DNA of 36,477 nucleotides from Licmophora abbreviata (lineage: Eukaryota). The stretch is taken from contig OLMU01000051.1 of the NCBI GenBank assembly GCA_900291995.1, forward strand, positions 1-36,477. Direction: 5' to 3'. Of this stretch, positions 19,788 through 30,536 are shown piece by piece (within the stretch, counting starts at the first letter, position 1; every line of letters begins with the position of its first letter). The translations under genes were made by a program, and so were the position numbers. Under the pieces are notes generated by a model. The model ran no database searches. It was not told where the DNA came from and saw nothing but the letters and a program-made list of their open reading frames with translations.

Positions 19788-20807
19788 ATGATGACGCCGC
19801 CGACGCGTCCTAGCACTGACGTTCTCCGCGTTTCCGTTCGCAGTCGAAGGACAATTCTCTTCCAAAACATTGCTACTTTTGTAATTCTTATTCTCCTCGC
19901 CAGCGGTCAATTCCTGGTATCGACTGTTGAAGCTTTCTCCTTCGTTCGAAACACCCGCACTCCACAAACACGTTTTGGTGCGACTACTAGCAACATGGGG
20001 CGACGACCCATCAGGGCGACACACACTCAGCCTATCTCACGAGCAGCGCCAGAGGCCGATCCAGGTGACTCGTCCTCCTCACTTTGTACAGGCTCGGCGG
20101 TGATTTCAAAGCTCTCAGAGTCATCCGAGGTGGTGGAACCGTCTAGTGGTGGTGATGGAGACGAAAAGCAACATTTGAGCAGTCACGCCAGCACGGAGGA
20201 TCAGCCTTCCACGACGGCACTAAGTATTGTCACTTTCATTGGATCCACAACATCCTTACTGGTGTCCTTTACGTTCTTCGCTGCACTGGCTCTTCGCCGA
20301 GACGCCTTCATGGTGGCATTCTTTCTCGGCAGCATCAGCAATGGCATTTTGAGCAAGGTGCTCAAGAAAGTGCTCAATCAAGAACGACCGGAGGGTGGCA
20401 TCGTTTCCGAGCAACCCGGTGACAAGGGCATGCCATCATCGCATGGCATGAGCCTGGGCTTTATTGGGGTCGTGACTGCCATGACTTTGGGCCATCGTTA
20501 CTATTTTGTTGCGCTGCCCATAATAGCATTGTATGTGTGGATATCGCTGCAGTATCGTATGCAAACACAGTTGCATACGAAGGAACAGCTACTTGTGGGA
20601 CTGAGTATTGGAACACTGAATGGTATAGTGTGGAAGACGTTCGGTGAGCAGTCAGTGATGAACCTTGTTTCCAGTACTGTGTTGGATACCACGGGGCACT
20701 TGCCTCTCCCGTTACTGGCAATCCCCGCAGGTGTCGGTGCCATTGTCGTAGGCTCGTTCGAGCGGCGCATCAGGAAATGGATAGGGACGGCAAAGAAGGA
20801 GGTGTAG
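19788..20807 (+). CDS. PAP2-superfamily lipid phosphate phosphatase (dolichyldiphosphatase / LPP-epsilon-like), probably plastid-targeted
   Basis: C1 KKVLNQERP, C2 GMPSSHG, C3 YRMQTQLHTKEQ, with several TM helices. A signal peptide ends at VEA|FSF and is followed by a Ser/Thr/Arg-rich transit-like region. Confidence 0.88.
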   Translation: MMTPPTRPSTDVLRVSVRSRRTILFQNIATFVILILLASGQFLVSTVEAFSFVRNTRTPQTRFGATTSNMGRRPIRATHTQPISRAAPEADPGDSSSSLCTGSAVISKLSESSEVVEPSSGGDGDEKQHLSSHASTEDQPSTTALSIVTFIGSTTSLLVSFTFFAALALRRDAFMVAFFLGSISNGILSKVLKKVLNQERPEGGIVSEQPGDKGMPSSHGMSLGFIGVVTAMTLGHRYYFVALPIIALYVWISLQYRMQTQLHTKEQLLVGLSIGTLNGIVWKTFGEQSVMNLVSSTVLDTTGHLPLPLLAIPAGVGAIVVGSFERRIRKWIGTAKKEV

Positions 20808-20893
20808 GTGGTACGGTAGATAAGCACTGTCTGAACGCCTAGAACAACACAGGATAACAACGACACTCTACGGATCATCGGGTTGTCGACACG

Positions 20894-23020
20894 TCAACGA
20901 GCCGAGTCATGTTGTACTTGCTTGATGATTTCCAACAAGATTCCAGATGCCTCAAGCATGCCTCGAAACGGATCGTCTGCCGGATCAAGCATAGATGCTG
21001 TTGCGCTTTCATTCTGCGTCGCGGGCGATAGCAAGCGTCGACGGTAGTGCGTGCTGACTGGACTGGCTTGTATTTTGGCGACAAAACTCTCAAACTCAGT
21101 CTGCGCCGTTTTGGCCCCAGGACTGAGGCGCTGCTTCCGTTTCGACTTACTTGCGGAATCCATCGCCGAGGTGCCGTTGGACCGCAAGTGTAGCATTGGT
21201 GTCTTGCTAATGATCTCGCTGAAGTCTTCCAGTGAGGCGCCAAAGACGGGCCAATCTTTGTGCAAGTCACCGTTCCGTGCCTGTCGACTCATTTCCACAT
21301 TGAGCATTTGTTCACGATCTTTTTTCTTGTGCAGTGCGAGTAGAGGGATGCTGGCGAAGATGCATTCCGACATTGTTTGACTGCCTGCCGATGCGGCAAT
21401 ACCGTCGACAATCGACATCAGGGGGACAAACAGCGAACGATCCAGTATCTGAATCAGACGGGGCTCGCCACGTCCTGAATTGTTGGATGCAGTCGTCAAC
21501 CGTCGGTGCTCAGGAGAAGATGGGGGAGTACTGCTCGTACTCACTTCGTCGCTTGCTTCCAAAGTAGCCTCTTGGCGCAAGGCAATGCGATCTTGCTCGG
21601 GAATAATCCATTTTCTACCGTACAGGTGAGGGTCTTTCTTTTCGGCAAGCATGGCATTGTAGCCTGTCTCAATGACGATTACGTCGAATCCGACACTCAT
21701 TAATGCGTCGGCAACCGCGCGTCCGTTGCCGTCGCGCCAATAGCAGAGTACTACCTTGCGAAATTGCGTATCTTCCACGGCTTCTGTTGAAGTGTCCGTA
21801 GTCCCATCGTATGTATCGGCACCATCCCGAAGAATTCGATGCACTCGATGTTTCATGCTGTCCGGAAGTGCAAGCGGTAACAATTGCGCCCGCGTCTGGC
21901 GGAGCCGCTTAATCTCCTGTCGCAATGGCGGTCGAGCAAACGCCGCGCTCGTCGAGCTTGCGTCCAAGGGCAAGAAGTTGGTGCTAATCTGCCAACTGGA
22001 AAACCAGGAGCTCCTTGAATTCAATGAAGCCTCCCTATCCCACGCTTTGCTAATACGAAAATTATGTTTTGCCCACGCTGGTTTGTCGGCAATACAAAAC
22101 GCCTGTCCATGCGAAACAGAGACACAAGGAACTCGTCCAAACTTCGCACGAAACATTCCGGGTAGGTCCCCATCCGTAACCACCAGTAGGGGATAACGTT
22201 TCGTTTGAGCCGCTACTTGGCAATCGCCCATGATACGCTCCAGTACGCGCGAGAGACTTGCCCAATGGCCTAAACCTGGTACAAGCGAAGTCACTGCGAT
22301 AGCTGTCGTCACGCCGCGATGCTCATCTCCAGGAGTCGTGTCTGTGGTGTTCTTGGTTGGTGGGGCGAAATCCCAGAGAGCGGCACGCCCGATAAACATG
22401 CGCACATCGACGCCAGCTGCGTTGATATCTTCCAAAATGGCGAAGGTGCGTGCTGCATGCCCCTTTCCTCGACCGTGAACATAGTATTCAATCAAAGGAC
22501 GACTCTCTGCAAGTCCGTGTGTAGGCGGAGTGCATAGTTGCGAAGACTCCATGATAAATTCAACGGCCAACACAGAAAAGCCGAGTACAAAAACAAGACC
22601 GAAGATTGCAACTCCAAGTAATAGCAGAATTGCTAACTTGAAACAGGACTTTGCTAGTGCAGGGCCATAGTGTTTCAAGTACAAGAACGAATAGTGACTT
22701 ATGACAGCCAATATTGTACCAAGCGCGGGAGGTGGATCGGCTGCCGCCGCGGCGCCGAGACGCATAGGATCTGGACGGTAATACTGTTTCGGCGATCCAG
22801 TCGTTCCTTCATGATGAGAAGGTGCATGAGGCTGTCGTAGCGAAGCAGATACTGCAGTCGATCGACGTGCCCGAGGACCGCTGTACGCCAAGGACGCCGT
22901 GGTGAAAGACGAAATCCGTGGCGGCTGAGGGCCATCATGAGACGGTGTTTCATTGTTCGGTATCGACTTCGACGAGGCGCATTGAGAAAATTGACGGCGA
23001 TCACTTTCGTCAGCGTTCAT
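20894..23020 (-). CDS. Membrane-anchored GT-B glycosyltransferase (MJ1255/VC2487-like, MurG/GT28-related fold), 708 aa
   Basis: YYVHGRGKGHAART (G-x-GH loop), VVTDGDLP, PCVSVSHG and GIAASAGSQTMSECIFASIPLLAL...EQMLN, all downstream of a long hydrophobic anchor (LAILLLLGVAIFGLVFVLGFSVLAV). Confidence 0.75.
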   Translation of the reverse strand: MNADESDRRQFSQCASSKSIPNNETPSHDGPQPPRISSFTTASLAYSGPRARRSTAVSASLRQPHAPSHHEGTTGSPKQYYRPDPMRLGAAAAADPPPALGTILAVISHYSFLYLKHYGPALAKSCFKLAILLLLGVAIFGLVFVLGFSVLAVEFIMESSQLCTPPTHGLAESRPLIEYYVHGRGKGHAARTFAILEDINAAGVDVRMFIGRAALWDFAPPTKNTTDTTPGDEHRGVTTAIAVTSLVPGLGHWASLSRVLERIMGDCQVAAQTKRYPLLVVTDGDLPGMFRAKFGRVPCVSVSHGQAFCIADKPAWAKHNFRISKAWDREASLNSRSSWFSSWQISTNFLPLDASSTSAAFARPPLRQEIKRLRQTRAQLLPLALPDSMKHRVHRILRDGADTYDGTTDTSTEAVEDTQFRKVVLCYWRDGNGRAVADALMSVGFDVIVIETGYNAMLAEKKDPHLYGRKWIIPEQDRIALRQEATLEASDEVSTSSTPPSSPEHRRLTTASNNSGRGEPRLIQILDRSLFVPLMSIVDGIAASAGSQTMSECIFASIPLLALHKKKDREQMLNVEMSRQARNGDLHKDWPVFGASLEDFSEIISKTPMLHLRSNGTSAMDSASKSKRKQRLSPGAKTAQTEFESFVAKIQASPVSTHYRRRLLSPATQNESATASMLDPADDPFRGMLEASGILLEIIKQVQHDSAR

Positions 23021-23548
23021 TTTTGACTCTTAAGTTGACAGTAGCAAGTATCAAATCCGGGCGTGACGGTCAATTGAAATGACGAGTGACGAGACCAGTA
23101 GTAATGAGACGCTTTTTGCTTTTTGGTGGTTCGAAACTGATTGCGAAGACTCGACTCACTCGACTCGGTGTACTAACGATGACGTATCATATTTTGTCAG
23201 GAAAAGGCGAACCGTCATATCGGACGTCCGTTGATCTATGACCATGTCATGACATTGCCAATTCCTCATTACATATGATAGTCATGGTAAGAGGTCATTC
23301 TGATAGATCCTTTCACAGGTCACAATGACCAATCTAATCAAAATAGACATACACAGTGCTACGTAGGGACCGGTAGAAAGGCTACGACGTTTTTTGTCAT
23401 CACAAAATTTTCGGATGGGGCAGGAGTCTCGTGCCTTTTCATTTCGAAGAGTCATTGGATGACAATCCACACCTTCACTTTTGCTCACAATTTATGGGGA
23501 CGACGACGACGTTGACCTTGCTATCGCTAACATACGTTCATGGTGACC

Positions 23549-25315
23549 ATGAAGACATCACTGCTGCTTTGTCTTCTCTCGGCATTGTATGCCGATCACG
23601 TCGCCGCTCAATGTCCACTTACGGATGCGGTGGGCGCAACGTTTACCTTCTCTGGGACATGCACAGCTCAAAATGTACAGCTAGGACTCTCTGCCGTTCA
23701 TCCTGACTGTAACTTGGCCAGCGTTGGACAAGACATTGACTCCATTGAGGATATTTGCGAGGCTGCAGCCATGTACGTGCGACCGCGGACCCACTCGCAT
23801 CTCGTCAAATCATGACTAGGATGTGTGCTCACATTTCGTCAACCATCTTGTCTTTTTTCAACTCTCAGACCTTTTGGGGACATTAGCGATATGGACTCAT
23901 ACCAATTCGACAAAAACTTCATGGATGGAGGTGGAGCATGGAATACCGAGGATGAAACGGTTGTTCCAATGAGCGCCTCCGCCGGTCGTATCGGACGTTT
24001 CGCCCAATATGGCGCGGACTATCGCATTCAATGGCCCAAATATGATGCCCTCTGGGACTACTCTAATCCAGTAGATCCCGATGACGAGAGCGACGAGCCA
24101 GCCCTACTCTACCCTGTCCGAGAACCGTACATGAGCAACTTCAATCTCACTGACAGTTGCGAACTCCGGACCGCAATGTGCTGCTTCATCGAGTCACGAC
24201 GCAGTGACATCCCACTGGACCCAAACACCAAGCTATGCCATCACAATATTGAAGACTCTAAACGCTCGAGTCATCTTAATAAGGGATTTGCGGTGTATGA
24301 CGAGACAACACCAGCGAACTGTGTCGGGTTCTCCTGGGACAGTAGTCCCGATTCAGTCAGCAATCTTTACAAGGGCAACGCTTTGTTTGATATTTCTTAC
24401 AGAACCTTCTTTGACCAGGGCATGCGCAAGAACGTCCCTGGTGCTCCCATGTGCGGATGTGTTGAGAAGATGCCGGTGGTGACGACTGCCCACTGCAAGA
24501 CTCTCATCGTAACCGGAGTTACGCATAGGTTCTCGATCGCCGCCGACGTCAACGGAGATCCGCTTGCTTATGTCGAGCAGACTGGGGGCAAGGTTGACTA
24601 CATCGATTGTCCTAATGGCGACAGCTTGAAGGCACACTTCAATGGGGGACCGGATGAGCAAATTAAGCTGGATGAGAGACTGCCTGGTCAATGCACGGCT
24701 ACAAAGAAGGATTTTCTCAACAAACGTTTTCTTGTACAAGGAACGACATCTCGGTTTACCAAGCCCGATTCCACGATATGGGAGGCAATGTACGGACGGG
24801 GCTTATCCTATGTCCCCCGAATGTCACATCCCGAACTGGAAGAGCCCTATGACCTCGAGAAAGAAGACGCTTTCTTTCGCTCAAAGCTGTCCAGCAGCAC
24901 ACTGCCAAAAATTATCTACCGGCATTGCGAGTCGTGTCTAGAGTCGCATCGGCATATCTTCTACAAACGTCTTACGCTTGAGCCTCCTACTACCGACGAC
25001 TACAACTACTTGGACAACTTTCTGAGCAACTGGGTAGATGAAGACAACGAGATGGGTGAGGATTTCGAGCTGTATTCCAATCTTTCCGACGCTCTCAACG
25101 GTAGGACGGAGCGGGCCTGGAAGTACTGTGACTACAATGACAGTGGAGTTGGGTTTCCTAACGAATGTGGCCCAGAAATTAGGGTTTACTGTCAGTGGAG
25201 CACCCACCTCGACAAACGCATTTGCAGTGGCAACCAAGAGTACTCCGGGATTTCGCACGCTTTCTATGTTATGCGACCAGGCATGGAGAGCTATGTGAAC
25301 AGCCTCTTGGATTGA
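23549..25315 (+). CDS. Secreted Cys-rich protein of unknown function; 2 exons, ~556 aa
   Basis: Signal peptide MKTSLLLCLLSALYADHVAA|QCP (alternative ATG 23540). Exons 23549-23772 and 23869-25315; intron 23773-23868 (GTACGT...CTCAG); spliced length 1671 nt is in frame. Cys motifs TAMCCF, PGAPMCGCVEKMPVV, YRHCESC and WKYCDYNDSGVGFPNECGP. Confidence 0.8.
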
Positions 25316-25433
25316 GAAAAGCTATGGGCTCACAAACTGAAGAAAATAGTAATCTTTGCAATACTATTTAGTATGTGTATACTAAGACGATCGTGTCATG
25401 TCTATTGGAACTATAATTACAGTAAGTTGTGTA

Positions 25434-27727
25434 TTAGCTTGATAGAGAATCCTGGTGCTCTTTCAGCCTCTTCTCGTACCACGGTCGGCGTAGCTTCCGC
25501 AGTGCCCGGCATTCCTGGGACCGCACCCATGCCTTCGTCTGCTTCATCTGCGCGGCGACGGTCGTCACCGTACGTGTCAGACCGTCTGCGAGGCCGTATC
25601 GCGCGCAAATTACTCTGTGCTCGTCCTCTTCGAGAATCTGGAGCATTTCCTTCAGATCTTCTCGGAACAAGCCGCGGTCGACTCGTTTCTCGGGGCTACT
25701 GTCGTCGTGCATATGGCTCGATGCGGCAATTGTATCCCCAAGTAAGTCCTCGCTCTCGTGCCCAAGATCCTTCGGATTGCTCTTGTACTTTGGAAGTTCT
25801 AATGAGATTGACCTGCGAGTCAGTCCCATCATTTTGTTGTACTTCTCAGCCGACATGTCGAGTTGCTCTGCCATTTCCTCGTTCGTTGGCGTCCGGCCTA
25901 ACTCCTGCTCAAGCGACAGACGAATTCTTCGAACTCGATTGAGAAGGTTGTGGACGTGGACTGGAAGCCGTATTGTGCGAGAGTGGTAAGCTATCGAGCG
26001 AAAGACGGCTTGTTGGATCCACCTGTAAAAAATGATAGTAGCTCACATTTAGAAAGCGTTGCCAAATCTTTTGTTTGTTTGATCGCATTGCGCAAAACGT
26101 ACCATGATGCGTAAGTGGAGAACTTGAATCCTTTCGTCGGTTCAAACTTTTCCGCCGCTCGAGTGAGACCCAAACTCCCTTCCTGCACCAGATCCTGCAA
26201 GCTTACACCGACATTGCTGTACTTCCTTGCAATGCTCACAACCAGGCGCATATTGCTCTGCACCATTCGCTGCTTTGCTGCTCTTGAATCAAACATGGTT
26301 TCAACAAAGTCCGTTGGCGTCCCTCGATTGACGATTCTCCCCGACTTTTCTTTCGATGCTCCCTTCAGAGTAGCTTTTCCGTTCAAAAATCGCTCATCTC
26401 TGTCGTCGTAAAAGTTTCCAAGTTTCGAGGGCGGTGGCTTCTTGACACGTCCTCTGCCTCGACCGGGACCGGCTTCAGTGGCTAGGCCATTTCCAACAAA
26501 CCGATTCGGATCGGACTCTTGAAACATGGATTCGGCACCAGCCGGTCGCAACTGTGAGTCGCCCTGCGCTTCCACAAAATGGGCGTCGTCGTCCGTGTAC
26601 CTGTGAAATAGATGGTTACGAAGAATGGAAGGATAAGAATCCAGAAATCACGCTGTAAACGTCAACCACCCAGAAATGCCGTTCACTCGTTGCACCCCAC
26701 ACAGAACCACGTACCCGCAAGCCCTTGCCCACTCCACCATGGAAGGAAGCCTGCCAAGCTCTGAACACAGCCCTTCGTGTACTTCTTCGCATTTGACCAT
26801 GAAATGGACGCTCATACCCAGCGAGTACTCCTCTTCGGCCGTGAGCAGCTCGGTCCGGAAGTATCGCTGCAGGTCGACATTGTGAGGATTCCTATTGTTG
26901 CTGGTCGAAAAGACGGGCTTCACCTGTTGTTTGCTACTGTCAGACTGCTTTTTGGGTAGAATCTTCTGAGCCCGACGTCGAGTAGCTACGGGGGCTTCAT
27001 TTCCATTGCTTCGACTCGACACGCCCTTGGCACCACGGCGCTGCTCAATTCCATTCTTCTCCCGTTTGCGGACAGAATCCGATTCCGTCTTTTTCACCTT
27101 CTTCGTAGCACTACTCGTCGTGGATGAAGAGTACGGCTGAATAGTGGACACGTGAGCGTGTTCCTGATGCTCCATACTGTGTTCTTCTTGAAACTTGATG
27201 AGCGTTTCTAATTTCATGGCCCCCGGCACAAAGTCTGGTCGCCCACGGGGTCGTTCTCGCTGCGGCTTGGTCTGTTTGGAAGAAGAGGAGGGGTACAAGA
27301 ACTGATCGGAGAGTAATTCGAGCATCTTGGCATCAATATTGGCGGCGAGTGATCCCTCCTGAGCCCGTTTGCGGTCCATCGCTTCTACCGCCAAAGCACG
27401 GTCCCGTTGTGAGCAGGTAGACCGCGGCTGGACGGGTTGTGCGACGTTCGTCGTGCTCATGGCCTTGTTGCGAGAGGAAGCAAAGAGAGGAGTGGCTTTT
27501 CGGGAAGAATGCGTAGAAACAAAGGCAGCAGCGACCGAAGTAGACGATACAGAAAGAAAACAACTCATAGTCACAAATGCTGCTGCCCCGCCCATGGAGC
27601 GCCACGAAGAACGCGTTCTCTTCGTGGCCATCAGGAGGTTCGTGGGAAGCTGCTGCTGCTGCTGGACGCTGCAAGATTCTGATTCTGCCGATGACGACGA
27701 AGTATGCTGTCGCTTCATTTCTTCCAT
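25434..27727 (-). CDS. Nucleus-encoded plastid RNA polymerase sigma-70 factor; 3 exons, up to ~699 aa
   Basis: Exons 27727-26715, 26600-26103 and 26022-25434; introns 26601-26714 and 26023-26102. Region 1.2 LLTAEEEYSLG; region 2 MVQSNMRLVVSIARKY...DLVQEGSLGL...GFKFSTYASW|WIQQ; RTIRLPVHV; region 4 HTH WVRSQECRALRKLR. A signal peptide ends at VAAA|FVS. The start codon is uncertain because several in-frame ATGs exist. Confidence 0.95.
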
Positions 27728-28686
27728 TCAATCAATTCGTTGTAAACAGGAGTTTTCTTCTTTTCTTCCTTCGGAGCAACGTTCGCAATATGGCAAGTAT
27801 AGGCTCGTTCTTTCGTCTTGGTGCGTGTGGTTGAGCCGCGATCTTCTGTAATTTTTCTGTGGCGATCGGTTGCGTCGAATGTTGCGTACAACTCGTACGG
27901 GGAAATACGTGAGAATTGATGTTCGTCCAGCTGTGGTTGAAGTTTAGGATCGCACGAGGTCCTATTGGAACCACGAGCTATGGAGGGAGGGAGTGATGAT
28001 GACGACATCACAGAACATTTCAGTCGCGAGTCGCGATTGATGTTCGTGCAAGACGGCGGCGGCGACAAAGCGACGACGAGACAACACGGCGACGGCGACG
28101 AGTGAGTCCAGCTTACTCTGATATTATTGCCAAGCAAAAAAAGGCTTGTCCTCACTTTCTCATGATGATATTTTCGATCGACGACTTGCATTCCGAATCG
28201 GCGCATCACGAATGGTCGCACATGACGCATGAAATTACAATGCTGTCAGCGACACGGCTAAGCTTAGCATGGGACTCTTTGCGCTATTTACGATTGTCTT
28301 TGTTGGATATGTCGTATCTGAAGTAGTCAAGCGAGAGCGGGAAGAACAAGAATTGCGAAAGGAAAGATGAAATCTATTATGTGTGTGCGACTAGCTAGTA
28401 GAAATCGCATCATGGGCATCATTGTCCTCTAGTCAACGGTGCCGGGTGCACTAAACTGCATACATTGTACGCGACGAAAATATGTATACTTCCCTAAATA
28501 TGCTCAGCATACTTCGGAGCGACTGACTCGGGAAAACTGCTGGAACTTATCTGCAGGTGGCAAATGATACAGACTAGACTTTACTAAATGAATTCCTCGC
28601 CACTCACTACGTTCGTATCAACACATGTGTCTGTGTTTCTCTTTTGCGGTCACGTTCCCAAATAAATGCAGCAAAACACACCCTGT

Positions 28687-30536
28687 TTACGAAATATTCG
28701 TCTCCGACACGGAACTCAAACTGCGATCCGACGCCGTACGCGACAATTCTGGCTGAACCGCACCATCGGTAGTTGACATCATATTGTCAATGCCTGCCGC
28801 CTGCGCCAGGGCAGCCTCGACGGCCGCATCCGACTGTACAGCATTCGTGCCATCACCCTCGACAGCAGTGTCGCCCAGCATGAGATTGGAAAAGAGCTTG
28901 TCTTCCCACGAGCTGCGCATGAGAATCGCCGAAGCAGTACTTTCCACCGACATGTTGCGAGACAGCCCGCGGGAGATGCCGCGAAGCGAATTCAAGCGAG
29001 ACGGAGGCAGGTTCATGCCGAGGCCCTGCATATTGGGAGGCGGCAGCTGTTTTTGTTTGGGGTGCGGAGCCAGCGTGGCGGGTGCTGGCATGGTGGTCTG
29101 TTGCGGTGGGACAACTTGTCTCGGCGGCGGGGCCGAATCCGTCGAGACGACGGCCGGCGTTGTAGACAGGGTACTGGCGAGACTCGACAAACGACCTCCA
29201 GTTCCAAACATGCTTATATCCGCCGTTCCAAGGCTTCCAGTCGAGGCCAAGCGATTCATCCCACCCCCGACTTGTTGTTGCTGCTGCATGGCAATCATCA
29301 ACTGTTCCATTCGACCGAGCAGGTCCAACTCGAGCCTGCGGAGTCGATCTTCCATCTGCTGGTTCATCGTTTCCACAGTCGATTCCAGAGTGACAACCTT
29401 TTCTCTCAACATGTCGACTTCTCGTTGATGCTCCTGGATAGCAGAATTGGAGGCACTCCCTCCTCCTCGTGTCGAACGCTGAATCTCCTTGAGCAAGTCG
29501 CAGCGTCCCCGCTTGAACTTTTCGTTGTAAAACGTCACGTGCTTGGCCGTGTCGGCATCGTAGTCCACGTTCCGAATGGGCTTCGCTTGCATTTTGCGAA
29601 AGCCATAAAAGTTGAGCTGACGAGCAAACGAAGAGAATCTGATGTGTGTGTTTGCGCATGGTCGGTCAATGGCATTATAATAAGTAAGCAACAAGCATAA
29701 TATAATTCTCCAATATGCCGTTTGCAATACTCACTTGTTGTGATCAAAGTACTGAGGAATGATCGCTGTGGCAAACATGTCCGGATCCTTGACGACAAAC
29801 ATGTCTCCTTCCGGGGTCCTGTGTGCGTCGCGAAGAGATCATGATGATGCAACATGTCATGTGAGTATTGTGTCTTGTCCTTTCGTTTGGCGCGCCAAGA
29901 CTCGACTTGACACCGCTCTAGAGTTCTAGCATCCAGGAGAGACGCTCTGTACATTCAGTACGAAAAATCGCCGTAGGATCAACCAGGAACATCCACAGTC
30001 ACTTTATCCCTAATGAAGCTATGGATCCTGCAAAGGTGGCTATTACCAACTACCAACTCACCAGGAAGCAATCTTGGGATCGCAAGTGTCAATCATCTTG
30101 TACGTTTCTATGAACAAAGAGACAGAGTGCAGTGCAACAGTCGAAAGTGTGAGCGGGGAATCGATGGAAAGAGTTCAAAACACATGCCCGAGGCTCGGAT
30201 TTGCAGCAGAGTCGATAGAGGGAAATTCATCACGTTACACCGTCAAAAGTCGCTTGTTTTCTCTGTCTCATTCCTTGCACAGCCTCCTCAATTAAAAAGA
30301 AAACACTTACTCTTTAGAAAGATGGGAATCGTCGTCGCACCCTTGCATTTGGACGTCTGCGAAACCTTTTCTTCCGTCGGAGTGAGTTCCTTCTTGGGCG
30401 GAGCGTTGTTGTTGTTGTTGTTGTTGTTGGCCGTGGAGACTCCGCCTCCGCTTCGCATACGACGACGCTTGGTTCCCAGCATGTTGGGAAAGTTAATTTT
30501 GTCATTGGGAGACATCTCGGCAGCAGCAGTGGCCAT
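28687..30536 (-). CDS. HSF: Heat shock factor (HSF)-type transcription factor; 4 exons, ~435 aa
   Basis: Exons 30536-30311, 30107-30062, 29818-29735 and 29638-28687; introns 30108-30310, 29819-30061 and 29639-29734; spliced length 1308 nt is in frame. Spliced DBD reads PIFLK|KTYKMIDTCDPKIASW|TPEGDMFVVKDPDMFATAIIPQYFDHNK|FSSFARQLNFYGFRK, followed by a coiled coil (EVDMLREKVVTLESTVETM). Confidence 0.93.
30405..30428 (-). repeat. (AAC)8 coding microsatellite giving poly-Asn in the HSF N-terminus
   Basis: Eight perfect GTT units on the + strand; translates as ANNNNNNNNAPP. Confidence 0.9.

Noticed and set aside
27715..28230. 171-aa minus-strand ORF upstream of the sigma factor
   Set aside because: No recognisable motifs, low-complexity composition, and it overlaps the sigma 5' end; more likely promoter or 5' UTR.
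28784..29700. Long overlapping ORFs (214, 268 and 215 aa) across HSF exon 4, and similar antisense ORFs over other genes (e.g. 4147-4755, 25373-25942, 35244-35825)
   Set aside because: They are alternative-frame or antisense shadows of well-supported CDSs, with no independent motifs.
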